This document shows, piece after piece, positions 24,476 through 36,559 of a DNA stretch of 64,000 bases. This DNA is from Moniliella sp. 'wahieum' (lineage: Eukaryota), in assembly GCA_003971905.1 (NCBI GenBank), contig RSEE01000050.1, forward strand, positions 186,001-250,000, in the 5' to 3' direction. The notes beneath the pieces were generated by a model, which did no database searches, was not told where the DNA came from, and saw nothing but the letters and a program-made list of their open reading frames with translations. Both the position numbers and the translations under genes were made by a program. Every line of letters begins with the position of its first letter. Position 1 is the stretch's first letter.

Positions 24476-25788
24476 ATGCCCCTGCCGCCGCGCAAGCGCC
24501 CTACCACCACCCGCACTAGAGCCGCTCGCAGTGCAACGCCATTGTCCCACGTGGCGCAGTCCATCAAGCCTGAGGAAGAGCTCGCGGCTCAGGAAAAGGC
24601 CCCGGTGGAAGCCACCCACATTCCCGCTCCGGAAAAGGACGAGGAAAATCAAGATGCAGGCAGAGACGGGGAGGAAAACGTGAGTGCCCAACATGAGGAG
24701 GTCCTCGCCCTTACTGGCCGTGCTCGTTCGCGTTCGCCCACTGCCACCCCTCCTCTTGCCGATGGGCCCAGTCCGACGCCCACTCCTGAGGCGCCCAAAG
24801 GAAAGGGGGCTTCTTCCCCCATCGTGCTTTCGCCTACACTTGCTTCTGCCTCTGCCCTCATCACCACCTCGGAGATCGCTACGCTTCGCCCTCCGCTCCC
24901 AGAGGCAAAGAACCCCTTCTTTCCAAAGCCAAGGGGGAAGTTAAATTGCAAATCGTCCACCATGATATCGATGGGGAAGAACGGGAAATTTTGGTGGGTC
25001 GCATGAAGCTCCCCATTCCTCATGGGAAGGGGCATGTGTTCCTTTTGAAGCGATTTGACGTTCATGCGATCATGGCAAGTGCCATGTTTGATCTGGCTTT
25101 TCCCTCGGCAAGCGAGGAGGAGAAGGAGAAAGAGATGGCATATGTCGCTTCCAATTTCACTACCGTCGATGCTCCCATGGTCTTCCCCGGAACCTGGGTT
25201 CTCGTCTCGGAAGCACAGGGGCTGGCCGACCAGTACGGCATTGGTCATCTCCTTCTCCCCTTGGTTCAGGCTCAGGGCGCGATTGTGAGGGGCGTTGCGT
25301 TCCTAGTAAACCAAGAAGGAAAGCCCATTCGTTCTGCGAATGGAAAACCCCTCTCAGACGAAGATACAACCCTCCTGAGCACAGGCACCATTGACTCTAC
25401 GGATGCCAAACAGGGGCATCTACTCCCCAACGTCAAGGAGGCACTTACTTCGGCACAAGAAGAAGCGGCTGCGATCCAATCCTCTGCGCAGACTTCCATC
25501 AGCAATTCCAAGCGCCGCCTGGAGGAAACGGACGACGTTACCGTTTCCGCTCCATCTTCATCTCATCCTGCGCCGACAGGAAGGAGGATGGTCACCCCTG
25601 CACGAGTCCGAGCGCTCTTGCATTCTCACCCGGTTGCGTCGGCCGCTGGGGTAGCCGGGGCGGGAGTGGCAGCCACGGTAGCCGCTACCGCCGCGGGTAT
25701 CTTTTCTGGCTTGCTTCCTTCTGACTTGGGCGGCGCATTGGCAGCAGTGCAAGCAGGCGTGAGCAGCGTCCAGCACTGGTTTGCCTAG
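24476..25788 (+). CDS. APSES/KilA-N domain protein with C-terminal membrane anchor (Bqt4-like)
   Basis: HVFLLKRFDVHAIMASAMFDLAFPSASEEEKEKEMAYV...GTWVLVSEAQGLADQYGI is a Bqt4-type APSES domain. Hydrophobic C-terminus ends QHWFA*. Frameshift near 24935. Confidence 0.8.
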
Positions 25789-26934
25789 ACATCAAGCTAC
25801 TACTATATACTCCCATGAGCAGCGTCCATTACTGGTTTCCCTAGAACCCAAGCTACTACCCACTCCTTCGCGAGGCGCCACTTGACCTACCACATTCCTT
25901 TGACGTTCTTTTCCTTGGCAGGATACACCCGTTCCATTTCGTGCTACCATTATATCCATGTCTATTCTGCGTTTTCTTGATTTGTGCTGTGATCTGTGTA
26001 ATCTCTCTACTGTCCGAAGGCATGATTTCGTGCTCTTCACTATATCAATAAACCGAGAACCATTTGGATACTGTTACTTTGCCTAGTCCAATGTGGCCAC
26101 AAATCATCATACAACTGGAATGATTGAACCTTCCGGCCTCAGAGACCTCTCATCACAAAAGGTTTCTGCCTAATATATAATCCTGAAGGTCTAGTGCTCC
26201 CTTATACTCATTGGGTATTTGATCTGGGATATGACTAGTATTCTGTACAGGTGGGCAAAACTAGTATCCTGGTCAAAAAAGCGAGAGGGCCTAAATCTCA
26301 ACACCACCACAGTCACCGAAAAAAGCCGCGGAGAGCCCCTGTGATGGGAAGTGGGGCACCCATCGGTCGCAGTGCGAATGAAGATGATGTTAAGCCATCG
26401 GGTGGCTTGTGCTTTGGCCAATATCCCTTCAGTCCCTCCTCCAGCCTGGAGTTCCGTTGTTTTCTCTCTTTTGTTTTCCTTGTTCCGCAGCTTAGCCCCT
26501 GGTGGGCGACTCGCTGCTTGTTGTTCCTCTGTAGGCGTTTTGCTGGTTGCCACACCACCACCACCACCAGTGCGATTGCATCACCCTCGAGGACCATCAG
26601 GACTCCAGGTCTCATCAGATGATGAACCAACAGAAAGCGTAAATGAAGCCAACTGTCTGCCAGCCCCCCCCCACTGAATCCATATGATGGCATTTGCAGC
26701 ACTAATAGTTGAGCAAAAGGACATATATATAGGAAGCACTTCTCGTCAGCATGTACTCTCTCGATCTGCGATCTTATCCTGCGTGTGCTTTACCGGTGAC
26801 CGTCATCGCTCCACCCAAGTAGGATGCCAACAATGAAATGTTAACGCAGCCAATCTAAAATCTAAGGCCTAATCAAACTGCTTTCTCAGATCTCACACCT
26901 GCTTCCCACCACGATCGCCCCCCAGCTACAGACA

Positions 26935-28179
26935 ATGGCGCTGCCTCTCCCGGCCGAGCTGCTCTATCAAGTGGCTCTGGTGTTGTGGAGAGAAAGCGAC
27001 CCCGACCTCCTCCCGCTCGATGATCCTGATTTATTTCCCTGGAGCTCTGATCCACCTGGGGCTGGCGAACTAGCCAAGCGGGCTCAGAGCAAGAAAGCCT
27101 TGCTCCGTCTCGCTTCTACTAGCCGAGGGTACGTGTTCTTCTTTCCCCACTGCTGTGGGCACACATCACCATACGCACAAGCAGGGATGCCCAATTTCTT
27201 CTTCGGTCGCTCGCACTCAGCCATCCGACCATTCGCTCTTTCATCACATCCGCGCACTCAGCGTCGGTTGTAATGGGGGCGGGATCGGGCCGCTAATTCG
27301 CTATTGGGCCAGCATTGGCATTGCGCCCAGCCGGCTTCGAAAACTGGTTTGGGAAGCGGACAATCCTCCACCACGGGCCATCTGGCCTCTTTGTGCTCAC
27401 CTAGAGTGGATGGAGATCTCCTGCGGCACGTTTTGGGCGGGAGATGCGCACTGGGGCTTGCTCACGAGGATCAGAGTCCTCTCTTTGACAGAGTATGACG
27501 CGTTTCTCCTTCCTACCCACTTACCTGCACTTCTTCTTGCCACTATGCGGCAAGAAGAAGGAGGAGGCTCTGAGTTTGCGCAACAGGAGGCTCATGCCGA
27601 GACAGGTCCCTTCTTGGGACGCCAAGCCGATGGACAAGACCTCGAAGTGGAACGCAGCCTTGACTCGGTTCGGACAGTCTTGATTAGTAGCAGTCTTACC
27701 AAGGAATTGACTGTGCATCATCTTCGTCTTCGGAGCAGCAAAACCTCCCCCTTCACAGTCCGGAACTGATCGAAGCGGGTTGCTTTAGCAACTTGCGCAC
27801 ACTCGACGTGTATCCCGTGACACCGCTACCCCCCCTATCAAGCGCCGTCAAGGCCTCGCCCTACTTGAAGGAATTGCGCTTGACATTGGACGTGTCGGGT
27901 GCATATGGGAACTATGACAAGTTCTGGTCGGACCTTGGCGCGGGGACGCTGCCATCGTTAACCCACTTAACGGCTGACCCCATGCCTACCCCCGCCACCG
28001 CACCCAGCTTTGCCAGCTTCCTCCGCACGCATCCGCACCTGGAGCGAGTCAATGGGCTTGGGCTCGAGGTGGTGCGGGAGGCGCTTGCGGCACAGAAACA
28101 AGATTCCTGGACCCCCGCCTTGCCGGGCGAGGGGGCGATCCGGACGGATGCACCCGCGCTGCTGGGGGCAAGCGAGTAA
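26935..28179 (+). CDS. Hypothetical protein, F-box-like N-terminus plus LRR/RNI-like repeats
   Basis: MALPLPAELLYQVA...ALLRLASTSR, then LxxLxL-type repeats (LRKLVW, IRVLSL, LRTLDV, LKELRL, LTHLT). May extend to ~28900 through frameshifts. Confidence 0.5.
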
Positions 28180-29290
28180 TGCCGATGTGGGGCTGTGGGG
28201 CTACTGTCGTGCAGCCATGTAGCTGCGCTTGGGGGGGTACTTTGATTGTCCTGCTTGGCTCTGGGTTCCTCAGGGTTGGGGCTCTGGCAGGCACTGGCCT
28301 TGGCTACGTGCTCAGGAGTGCAGAGGCTGAGCGTGTGGTTGCGCATGCGATGGCATCATGATCTGCGGCAGTCCCAGCGCCCAATACCACATGTTGGTTG
28401 AATTCGTACTCCGGCTGCTGGGCCGGGGGCTGGCCTGCAGATGGTGCCGGACGGCAGCATTGCCGCCCTCCCCTCTTCATCGACCTACGGTACCGCCCCT
28501 TCCGACCTTCCCGCCCAGCCACGGAAGTGCTTGTGGACGCCGCAACAGGGAGCGTGACCAGGGGAGAGCACGCGAGCGGGCCTGCACCCGCTTCAGCTCC
28601 GTGTCCTTTATCGCACCCGCCCTGCCGAGTACATTCGCTGTTGAGGCGAGCAACCGTCGCCACTACATGCCTACGCACCCATGTCTTATCCCCGTGGCTG
28701 TTCGATCTCATTCGTCATGCACCTTGCGTCTGCAGCCGGACTTCGTGTCTCGCCGGGCGCTGCTGGCACTCTCAGCGGTAGTGGTAACAACAGCAGCAGC
28801 GGCAGCGGGTGCCTACCGACTTCGCCCCCCTACCCCTGCCGCCGAACGGAGGTCAGAGGGAGGCATGGGACGAGGCTCACCCGGCTCCGGCGTCAATTCT
28901 CTTTTCCATGTGTATCACAGCCACAAGTTTTTCTCCTTGGTGGGGGGAGTGCGGGAACTCCTTGGGAGCGTGCCCATCGGCCCGCCGCCACTCTGCCAAC
29001 CTCGCCCTCACTGTCCAGCCATCTGCGCCGCTCACGGTCCCCGACCACGTCAGTAGAGGTACTTATCCCTTCCACCAATAACGGAGTCATCAGATGCGTT
29101 CCGGACTACAATATTCGCCGAGTTGGTCCTGCCCACTCAGCTCGAATGCTGGATCGACTGCGGCAGAGGGGTCTCCCTCCGGCCACTGGTTACAACAGGA
29201 GCAATTGGTCTTCATGGCTTATAATGAGTCGGCATCTCCGTCTGGCGTTCAAGAAATCCAAGTATGGCAACAAACGTGAAGATGGGATTG

Positions 29291-30588
29291 TTAAGCAGAA
29301 CGCTTAGGATCCTCGTCATCAATATCCACACGCAACGAAGAGCGATTCAGCTTGCTATCGTGATCGGAGGGGACATCCCCCCCGCTTCCTTCTGGCACGT
29401 GATCCACACTGTAGGAAGCGAACTGGTGCTGGACTGTGGTCACCATAGGTCCAGCCGAGAAACGAGTACCTGTCTCGCTGTCTTTAGGTGATTCCTTCTC
29501 CTTTTCCAAAGGTGAAGATGGTGGTTATGCGTGGCTGGAGTTAAAGTGGGGAGCGGGATGTCCTGGCGCGTCCTTTCCACGGGCAGGGCCCCCTCTTGGT
29601 GTGGCAAATTGTCCCAGCCAACAAATTCGTGGGTGCTGATCCGTAGGCTGCCTCTTGACAAACTGTCGTCTCCGAGCAGGCGCGAGCTTCTGCCGCGGTA
29701 GTTAGGGTAGAGAGAGAAGAGAGTTGGCATACACCTTGGACACGGCAGCGTTCGCTACAAAGTGTAAGAGGAATGTAGGCTGAGGGCATATGTAAAAACT
29801 CGGTTAGGTTACGTCCAAGGGGGAGCTCCCACTGTAGCGTTGCCTCTAGTACGGAAGGAAAAAGAGACGTACGTGAATCCCAACAATGATCAGATGTATC
29901 AAGTCGATGGTCATGGTCAAGGCTGAGGTTTGGAGGACCAAGTTTTTGATCCGCGAGATGGAATTGTCGGTATCGCCAAACCCAGTCGCCGCACGGCGCA
30001 AGGTGGAGTACAAGGCGGTGGCCGTGATCAAATCACATGCAACAAAGCAAGAACTCCACACCAGCATAGCGGGCTGCATCTGGTACAACCGGTCGAATCG
30101 GCCAAGCGAATGGTACCAAGCCGTCGTCACTGTCGCCGCTACCAGGCCACAGATACTGAGAGACACAATGATGCAGGTTAGCCACCATTGGTGTCGTAGC
30201 TTTTGGACGCGCCAGGCAAAAAACTGTGGCAAAAACCCTGTTAGTTCAGTGGTCCATATTTATGTGCGAGGAAGGGGGGGAGGTAGAACGTGCCAGCTGG
30301 GATATGACAGCAGTAATAGCCGAGGTTTCCAGTTCGGAGAGGAAAGCAGGAAGCATGATGGTGGGGTCGTCCTCGAGGATCAACCATTGGTAGAGCGCGA
30401 CGCAGAGGGAGAGGGTGTTGGCTATATCTCCACAGCAGAGGAGGAACACGATGAGCTTCATCCCCCATGGATCACGGCGGAAACGGACATAGTAGATCCA
30501 GGCCTGAGTGAGGGTGACACCAAAGAGGGTGAGGTTGATGTATCCCCCAATAAGGAGATAGCCAATCCGGTGAGGCGGCCCATGCCAT
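29291..30588 (-). CDS. Fungal multi-pass membrane protein, DUF6534-like
   Basis: LFGVTLTQAWIYYVRFRRDPWGMKLIVFLL, Q.FFAWRV, CDLITATALYSTLRRAATGFGDTDNSISRIKNLVLQTSALT. Several introns. Confidence 0.82.
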
Positions 30589-33500
30589 GCACAGAAGAGG
30601 TGGGGGTATAGAGGTGGGGGAAGAGAGGACTAAAGACGGACAGGCGTGGGGTACAGGCTTTTTGTGCTCGTTACAAGCTTGGGGACCGCCAGCTGATACT
30701 GTGTGCGGGGCTTTTAGGGCCACAGGGCACAGTGTGAGATGAAGATGCGGGTCAAGCGTGTGGGCACGATGAAACGAGGGCGGAGGGCGGATGAATGAAA
30801 GAAACCCGCAAACGCTGGCGATGGGGGCACCGCGGCAGGCTTGAAAGGGTGGAGAAAGCGATGGACAATGAAGCTTGAAGCTTGAAGAGGGAACTGGAGA
30901 GCGTGCACAGAGGTGGTGGGGGGCAGAGCAGGAAGGAAAGAGGGTGATACAGCCAGTGTAAGGCCGTAAGGAGAGGCAAGCAATGCTAATATGACCAACG
31001 ATCAATGATCGGTGGCCCTACACCGGTGAAGCTTGAAGCTTGAAGCTCGACGGGATGGATGATGGGGATGCGAAGCCAACCGCAGCTGTGAATATTAACG
31101 GCGTGCGGGGCAATATAACATGGAAGAGCGCAGTCTTTTTGGTCCGGTGGGCTGCTACGTAGCCCCAACGCGGGTTGCCCAGATGACAGGCTGCAGCTGT
31201 GGCCACTATCGCCGTCGATTAATTCCCATCCCAGTCATCCCAGCCACACTATGGTTTTGCATGGCCTGGGGTAGGATTATAGGGTGATAGGATTATAGGG
31301 TGAAGTGGTACGGTGCAAGGGGTGTGGCGGGGTGTCCACTGTACGTGATCGGCCACAGCAAAACCAGTGTGGCAAGCAGCTATATAGTAGCTAGAACGAG
31401 TAACTAGTGGCTGTGACTTCACTCTTCAAGCTTCACTAGTGACCTAGTGACCCAGGGTACCCAGAATGGCTGCCAAGGCATGATCCTCTCTGGTATCCCA
31501 GTATCCTCGAATCTTCAGGCCTCAGTCGATCATCTCAGAGGCCCTCAGGCCTCAGGCCCTCGGACCTCAGAGCATCAGACCCTGAGGTCGGGCCCCGGGC
31601 CGAGCCTTGGCTTCGGTCTCAGGCTTGACCTCAAGCCTCAATAAAGCTTCAAGCCTCATGCACATGCTTGAAGCCTCAAGCTAGGCCTCAGGCCTCAAGC
31701 CCTCAGGCCTCAAGCTGAAGTTCAACCTTGGTTCAGCTTCAGCGCTTACGCGCTCACAGCAGCTCAGCGCTCTCAGCCAGATAATGCAGGAGCCAAAAAC
31801 TGATGGAGGTATACCGAAAAGCTGGATCTCTGGCGGGAAGAGCACAGGCTGAAGCACCGCGCTCATGTCGGCGGGATTAATTTGGTTGTTTTTGCTAATC
31901 AAGATGTTGTGAGTTGCCACCAAAGGCAAATATATTTACACCTGGTATATGAAGGCCGGCCGGAGGCGCCACAGGGAGGGCGAAACAGAGGCGGAACAGG
32001 GCGGCCTCTCGCACAGTACTGCTCCTGTACGTTGCTACTGTACGTTGTGGTCGTGTGTCTTAACTACGTAGCTTAACTGCGCCTATTACGTGTCACATGT
32101 CACATGTCACGCATCTGCATCATGCATCACACGTCACGGTTCCTCTGGGGCAATATAACAGAAATCGACCTTCCGTACTGATCCTGCCCAATATGTTGTT
32201 CCCGTGCCACCGCGACTCTTTGGCCTCCTTGAGAACTTTTGGATATTCGTCTTCTCATCCCGGACTCTCTGGCAGGAACATCAAAAACACCGCGTCCAAA
32301 AGCTTCAAAGCCGACAGTGTGCGGTGTGTGTTGTACGTTTTATACGCGACGACACTACGGTGTGGTAATGCATAGTGCCGCACCGTGCAGCATCCAACTG
32401 TGTAGCAGCACTACTAATCAGAATAAGGCTCCGACTACCCGAAAGAGCTATAGTGAGAGCTGATCACAAGCGCGGGAAGGTGAACGAAGTACCGAGTAGA
32501 AAAGCGATGAATGTGCAAAAGCGTAAAGAAGACAAAACGCTGTGGGGTCTAGTAGTACCATAATATCGTCGAAGAGAATGATTGTCTACGGAAGCTGCCA
32601 TTTCCACGTCGAACCAACAGTAAGCCGGAACATGCTGTCGCGGTGCATCTTCACGCAAGGGTACCGACTTCACGTCAATGAAACCTCAGGCCTCATCGAT
32701 CATCAACATCATTAATCATTCGCACATCCCACTCAAAGACGCGCGGGTACGGTAGTACAGGGTAGTACCCTTTCTATTTTAATCGCCGGATTGGGGAGTT
32801 CTCTCACATCCCATGCAGATCTCAGGGGCGATCACCGGCACCCATGCCGACGTGGTGTATCTGCCCGCAAATAGACTTTGGTGCGGGGCGCTAGCAGGGA
32901 GGGGATGTGGGGTTGTTCACATGCGCACAGATTGTAAATGATGTTACGCTATCCGCTCGTTCCACCTCGTGTTCGGCCCCATATGTAAGCCGAGATCCAG
33001 CGTGTAAGTCCCAGCATTCTCCTCCACACACTGATGCCCAAAGAGTGGATGCCTCCAACAATTTGGAGCCAAGGACGCCGTTATGAGGGAGTTGAACTTT
33101 CAGGATATATATGGCGCGTGACATGTGTGACAAGGCTTGCCGATGGCCCAAGGCTTGAGCGCCTGAGTGAGGACAGGCTGAGTGTAGGCGTCAGCGCGTC
33201 AGGCATTGCTGACTACGCATTCGCGCATAAATGACGTCGAGGTGCTCCACGCGCACTGGAGACACAAAGCGGGGGGGCGAGCGGGCGCAATAACAATGTC
33301 TGCGGCCAACCCTACTGGCACCCGGGGTGAGGCAACCCTAGTGGGGCCGCTGTGGGCGGGCAGAGGGGCCAGTGGCCAGTGGCCAGTGGCGCGAGGCTGC
33401 CATGAGCCAGTGGAGTGGCGGTGGGGTGGCTGCCTGCGAAGCGGGGGTGCTGGTTGCTGGGGCCGGGTGGCGCCAAATGTGCATGGACGCAAAAAAGTAC

Positions 33501-33875
33501 GCGCCGTTTAAGTAGCAGCACAGCAAACTCTCGCCTGGTCCTTGTCGCCCGGCACCCTTCTCTCCGCCTCGCCCTGCCTTGCTCCCCACGCGCACTCCCC
33601 CCCCGGACCACTGCGTCCTGCATCCCCCCACTACACTACGCCACGCCACACCCGACGAGCCCCCCCGCCCGCCGCTTGGCCGCGCTTTCTCCGGGTGGTC
33701 AGTGCACCCGTCTCGGACTGTTTGTGGGCCGTCGCCGTATCCCATTGCTCCATATCTCGCACCAGTAGATCACGAAGTGCGCATATCCAACCGTCGCTGT
33801 TGCCCCCTCCCCCTCTCTACCCCCTGACGCTGCATGGCAGTCGTGGCGACGCCAGTGGCTCTGCCAACGCGGCTC

Positions 33876-35362
33876 ATGGACCAGGTTCCTCCCTTCCCAA
33901 ACGTACCCTCCTCCTCCAAAGCAGAATCCCCAACATGTGATGATGAGTGTGGGGGCAATGCAAAAACGCGCATTTCAGGCTTTGTGCGCAAGCTCAGAAG
34001 GTTGGCGTTTCTCTTCGTTGTCCTAGTTTGAGCGGGCGCATGCTAACACCTATCCACTTTGGCTGTTCACCTTTTGATACGATAGTATGATCGACAATGA
34101 TGCTGTGCGGTACATCCACTGGACTCCGAATGGAGAGGCATTCCGAGTGATCAACTCCGTCTCCTTTTCCAAAGACGTCCTACCCAACTGTACGCCTCTC
34201 CCCGCCAAGCGGAGCCCAAATATTGTCCTAACCCCCTTTGCTTCCAGACTTTAAGCACAACAATTGGCAGTCCTTTATCCGTCAACTAAACATCTACGGT
34301 TTTGTGAAACTCACAGACGCATCTTCAGGCCAGGGTTCCACTCCCGCCAATCAACCACAGCTGGACTGGACGTTCAAACACCCACTCTTCCTCCGTCATG
34401 CGCCTGACGCTATGGAGGATATCAAGCGTAGGACAGCCAAGACAACCAAAGATGGGGAGGCGCGCAAGAAGGACAAGCCTCATCGTTTGTCCAGGCCTGC
34501 CTCGCCACGAGGGACCAAGCCCAACCTACATCCCAGGGAAACCGTCGCTGCTATCCCTGATTCCGTTTCCAATCATCTTCAACCCCTCTTTTCCTCGGCC
34601 CCATTCCCCGGGGCGCCCGGCATTCCTGTTGGGTTGGCTTCTGCCTCGGCGGCAGCAAATCTGGCGGGGCTAATCCCAGCTTCCTTGTCCGTACTGAGCT
34701 CCGTGGGTGAACCTTCTCAGCCTATCACGACCCACAATGTAAGCTTGAACCCCCATTTGGCACTCAAATCGACGGCCGGAGCCAGCCGAATCACCGCACC
34801 CATCTCTTCTTTCTCCTCCTTTTCACACCCCCTGCAGATGCCACTGGGAGCCAGCGTACCAAGTGGATGCAAGCCCAGGCCTTCGTCCTCCCCAGTAAGC
34901 TCTAGGTCAAGTGACAGGACCCTTCATGGTTCCCCATCTTCTCAATCGGAGGCTGAACGGTTACGGCGCGAAATGTCGGTACTGCAAAACAGGATGTGCT
35001 TCGTCAGCATCTACACAACATGGACGGTGTCCAGTCGCGTGCCATGTCACATCATGCAAGTTGTCTCTACCCAGGCGCGGCAAGGATGTCCGTTGTCAAC
35101 GGTGACGGAGCTGCAAGATTGTCTGGACACGTGGCGAAGCATGGCGGAGATGGCCACTTCCTTTTTCCCCGATGACGGAACGGGGAAGGAATCCGACCGA
35201 GAACTGTCGGAGGAAGAGGGGTCAGATTGGGAAGCTGGGTCGGATCCTCTTTTTCTGGAGACAGGAGTCGAACCCACGATGCTCCTGCTTGACCCCCACT
35301 TGATCGACCCTTCGGGCATGGAGCTGGATGAGCCCACAGAGACACCCAAGCCCACATCTTGA
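33876..35362 (+). CDS. HSF-type DNA-binding domain transcription factor
   Basis: Splicing introns ~34001-34085 and ~34190-34247 gives SGFVRKLRSMIDNDAVRYIHWTPNGEAFRVINSVSFSKDVLPNYFKHNNWQSFIRQLNIYGFVK...WTFKHPLFLR...IKRR. Confidence 0.93.
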
Positions 35363-36559
35363 TGTAATAAAGTGATGAGAAACGCTTTCTTCGTTGTCAC
35401 AACTAATCTCTTCCCCTCTTATCCCTTTCACACGGATGACAGTGTACCTTGATCACTCCATATATTCTCTTCATTATCTGCGACCAGTAAGTAAGCGTTC
35501 CATAGCTTTGATTTGTTCCTGTGCTTTCTTTGGTCCTCCGTTGCATCACTGCACCGTCCACATGTCATCAGCCTCAGCGCTCCTCCCCCCGCCTTGCCGG
35601 TCCTACAAATCATTGACGCCTCATCGTCCTCTTGCTGCAATATTGGTGATATTGCCTCTTGTGCGACATACCATTGCATTGCAAGGTAAATTGAGGGCGT
35701 CTAGAGACGATAGGAGTAATAACACCTGAGGTCTCTGCTGAGTTTGGAAAAAGTATTTGGCGTGGTCTTGTTATGGGGATAGAAGTGTGAGCCGACGGAA
35801 ACGCTCCATAAGCGCCACTATATACCACAATTGGGTATTCTCTTTTTGAGGATATATACCCCAAGTCGTCATTCCTTTGATGCATACCACTGTCGGTGGT
35901 AACCTATTCCTTTCATATACCACCGAAAACGTCTTAGATACACATGAGACGTTGTGCCTCGACGACCACATTGGAATGTGCATATCATCCACGTACAGTT
36001 AGAAAGACGAGAGAAGAAGGGAGAAGGAGAAAGGATTCTCATCTTTTTAACTAGTACTATGTAGCAGCAGGGAATCTGCATGAGAGCATAGCCCAGATAT
36101 GTACCGATTGATAGAGGAAGCCGAGAGAAGAATCTTAATTGATATATAGGAACACAGGGGATAGCTGTGGATAGGGGGGGGAGTGGGGAGAGGGGATCTT
36201 GGCGCGGCATATTAGCATGCGGGCAAAGTCGTGGTAGTAGGCAGCCCTAACGGGAAGAAAGTGGAGATGTGGGTCGTCAGCCAAGAAAGAGGGCAATGTA
36301 GTGAATGTTAAAAGGAGAAACAGGAGGACACAAGTTGTTAACAGGCAAAATTATAAGAGGGTCCAAAAAAATGGAGAGCGAAAAATCTTTTGTGCCCAGC
36401 GCCATCCACCACATGATAGGTGTAGGAGGTTCTTTTGGCGAAAAAGCTCGAGCCCGTCCAAAAAGAAGAACAATAGGAAAAGGGAGAAGCCAAGGCGGGG
36501 CTCCTCGTGAATATGGGTCTCTCGGTGGGAAGATACCCACTGGAACCCAAGAGAGAGAT

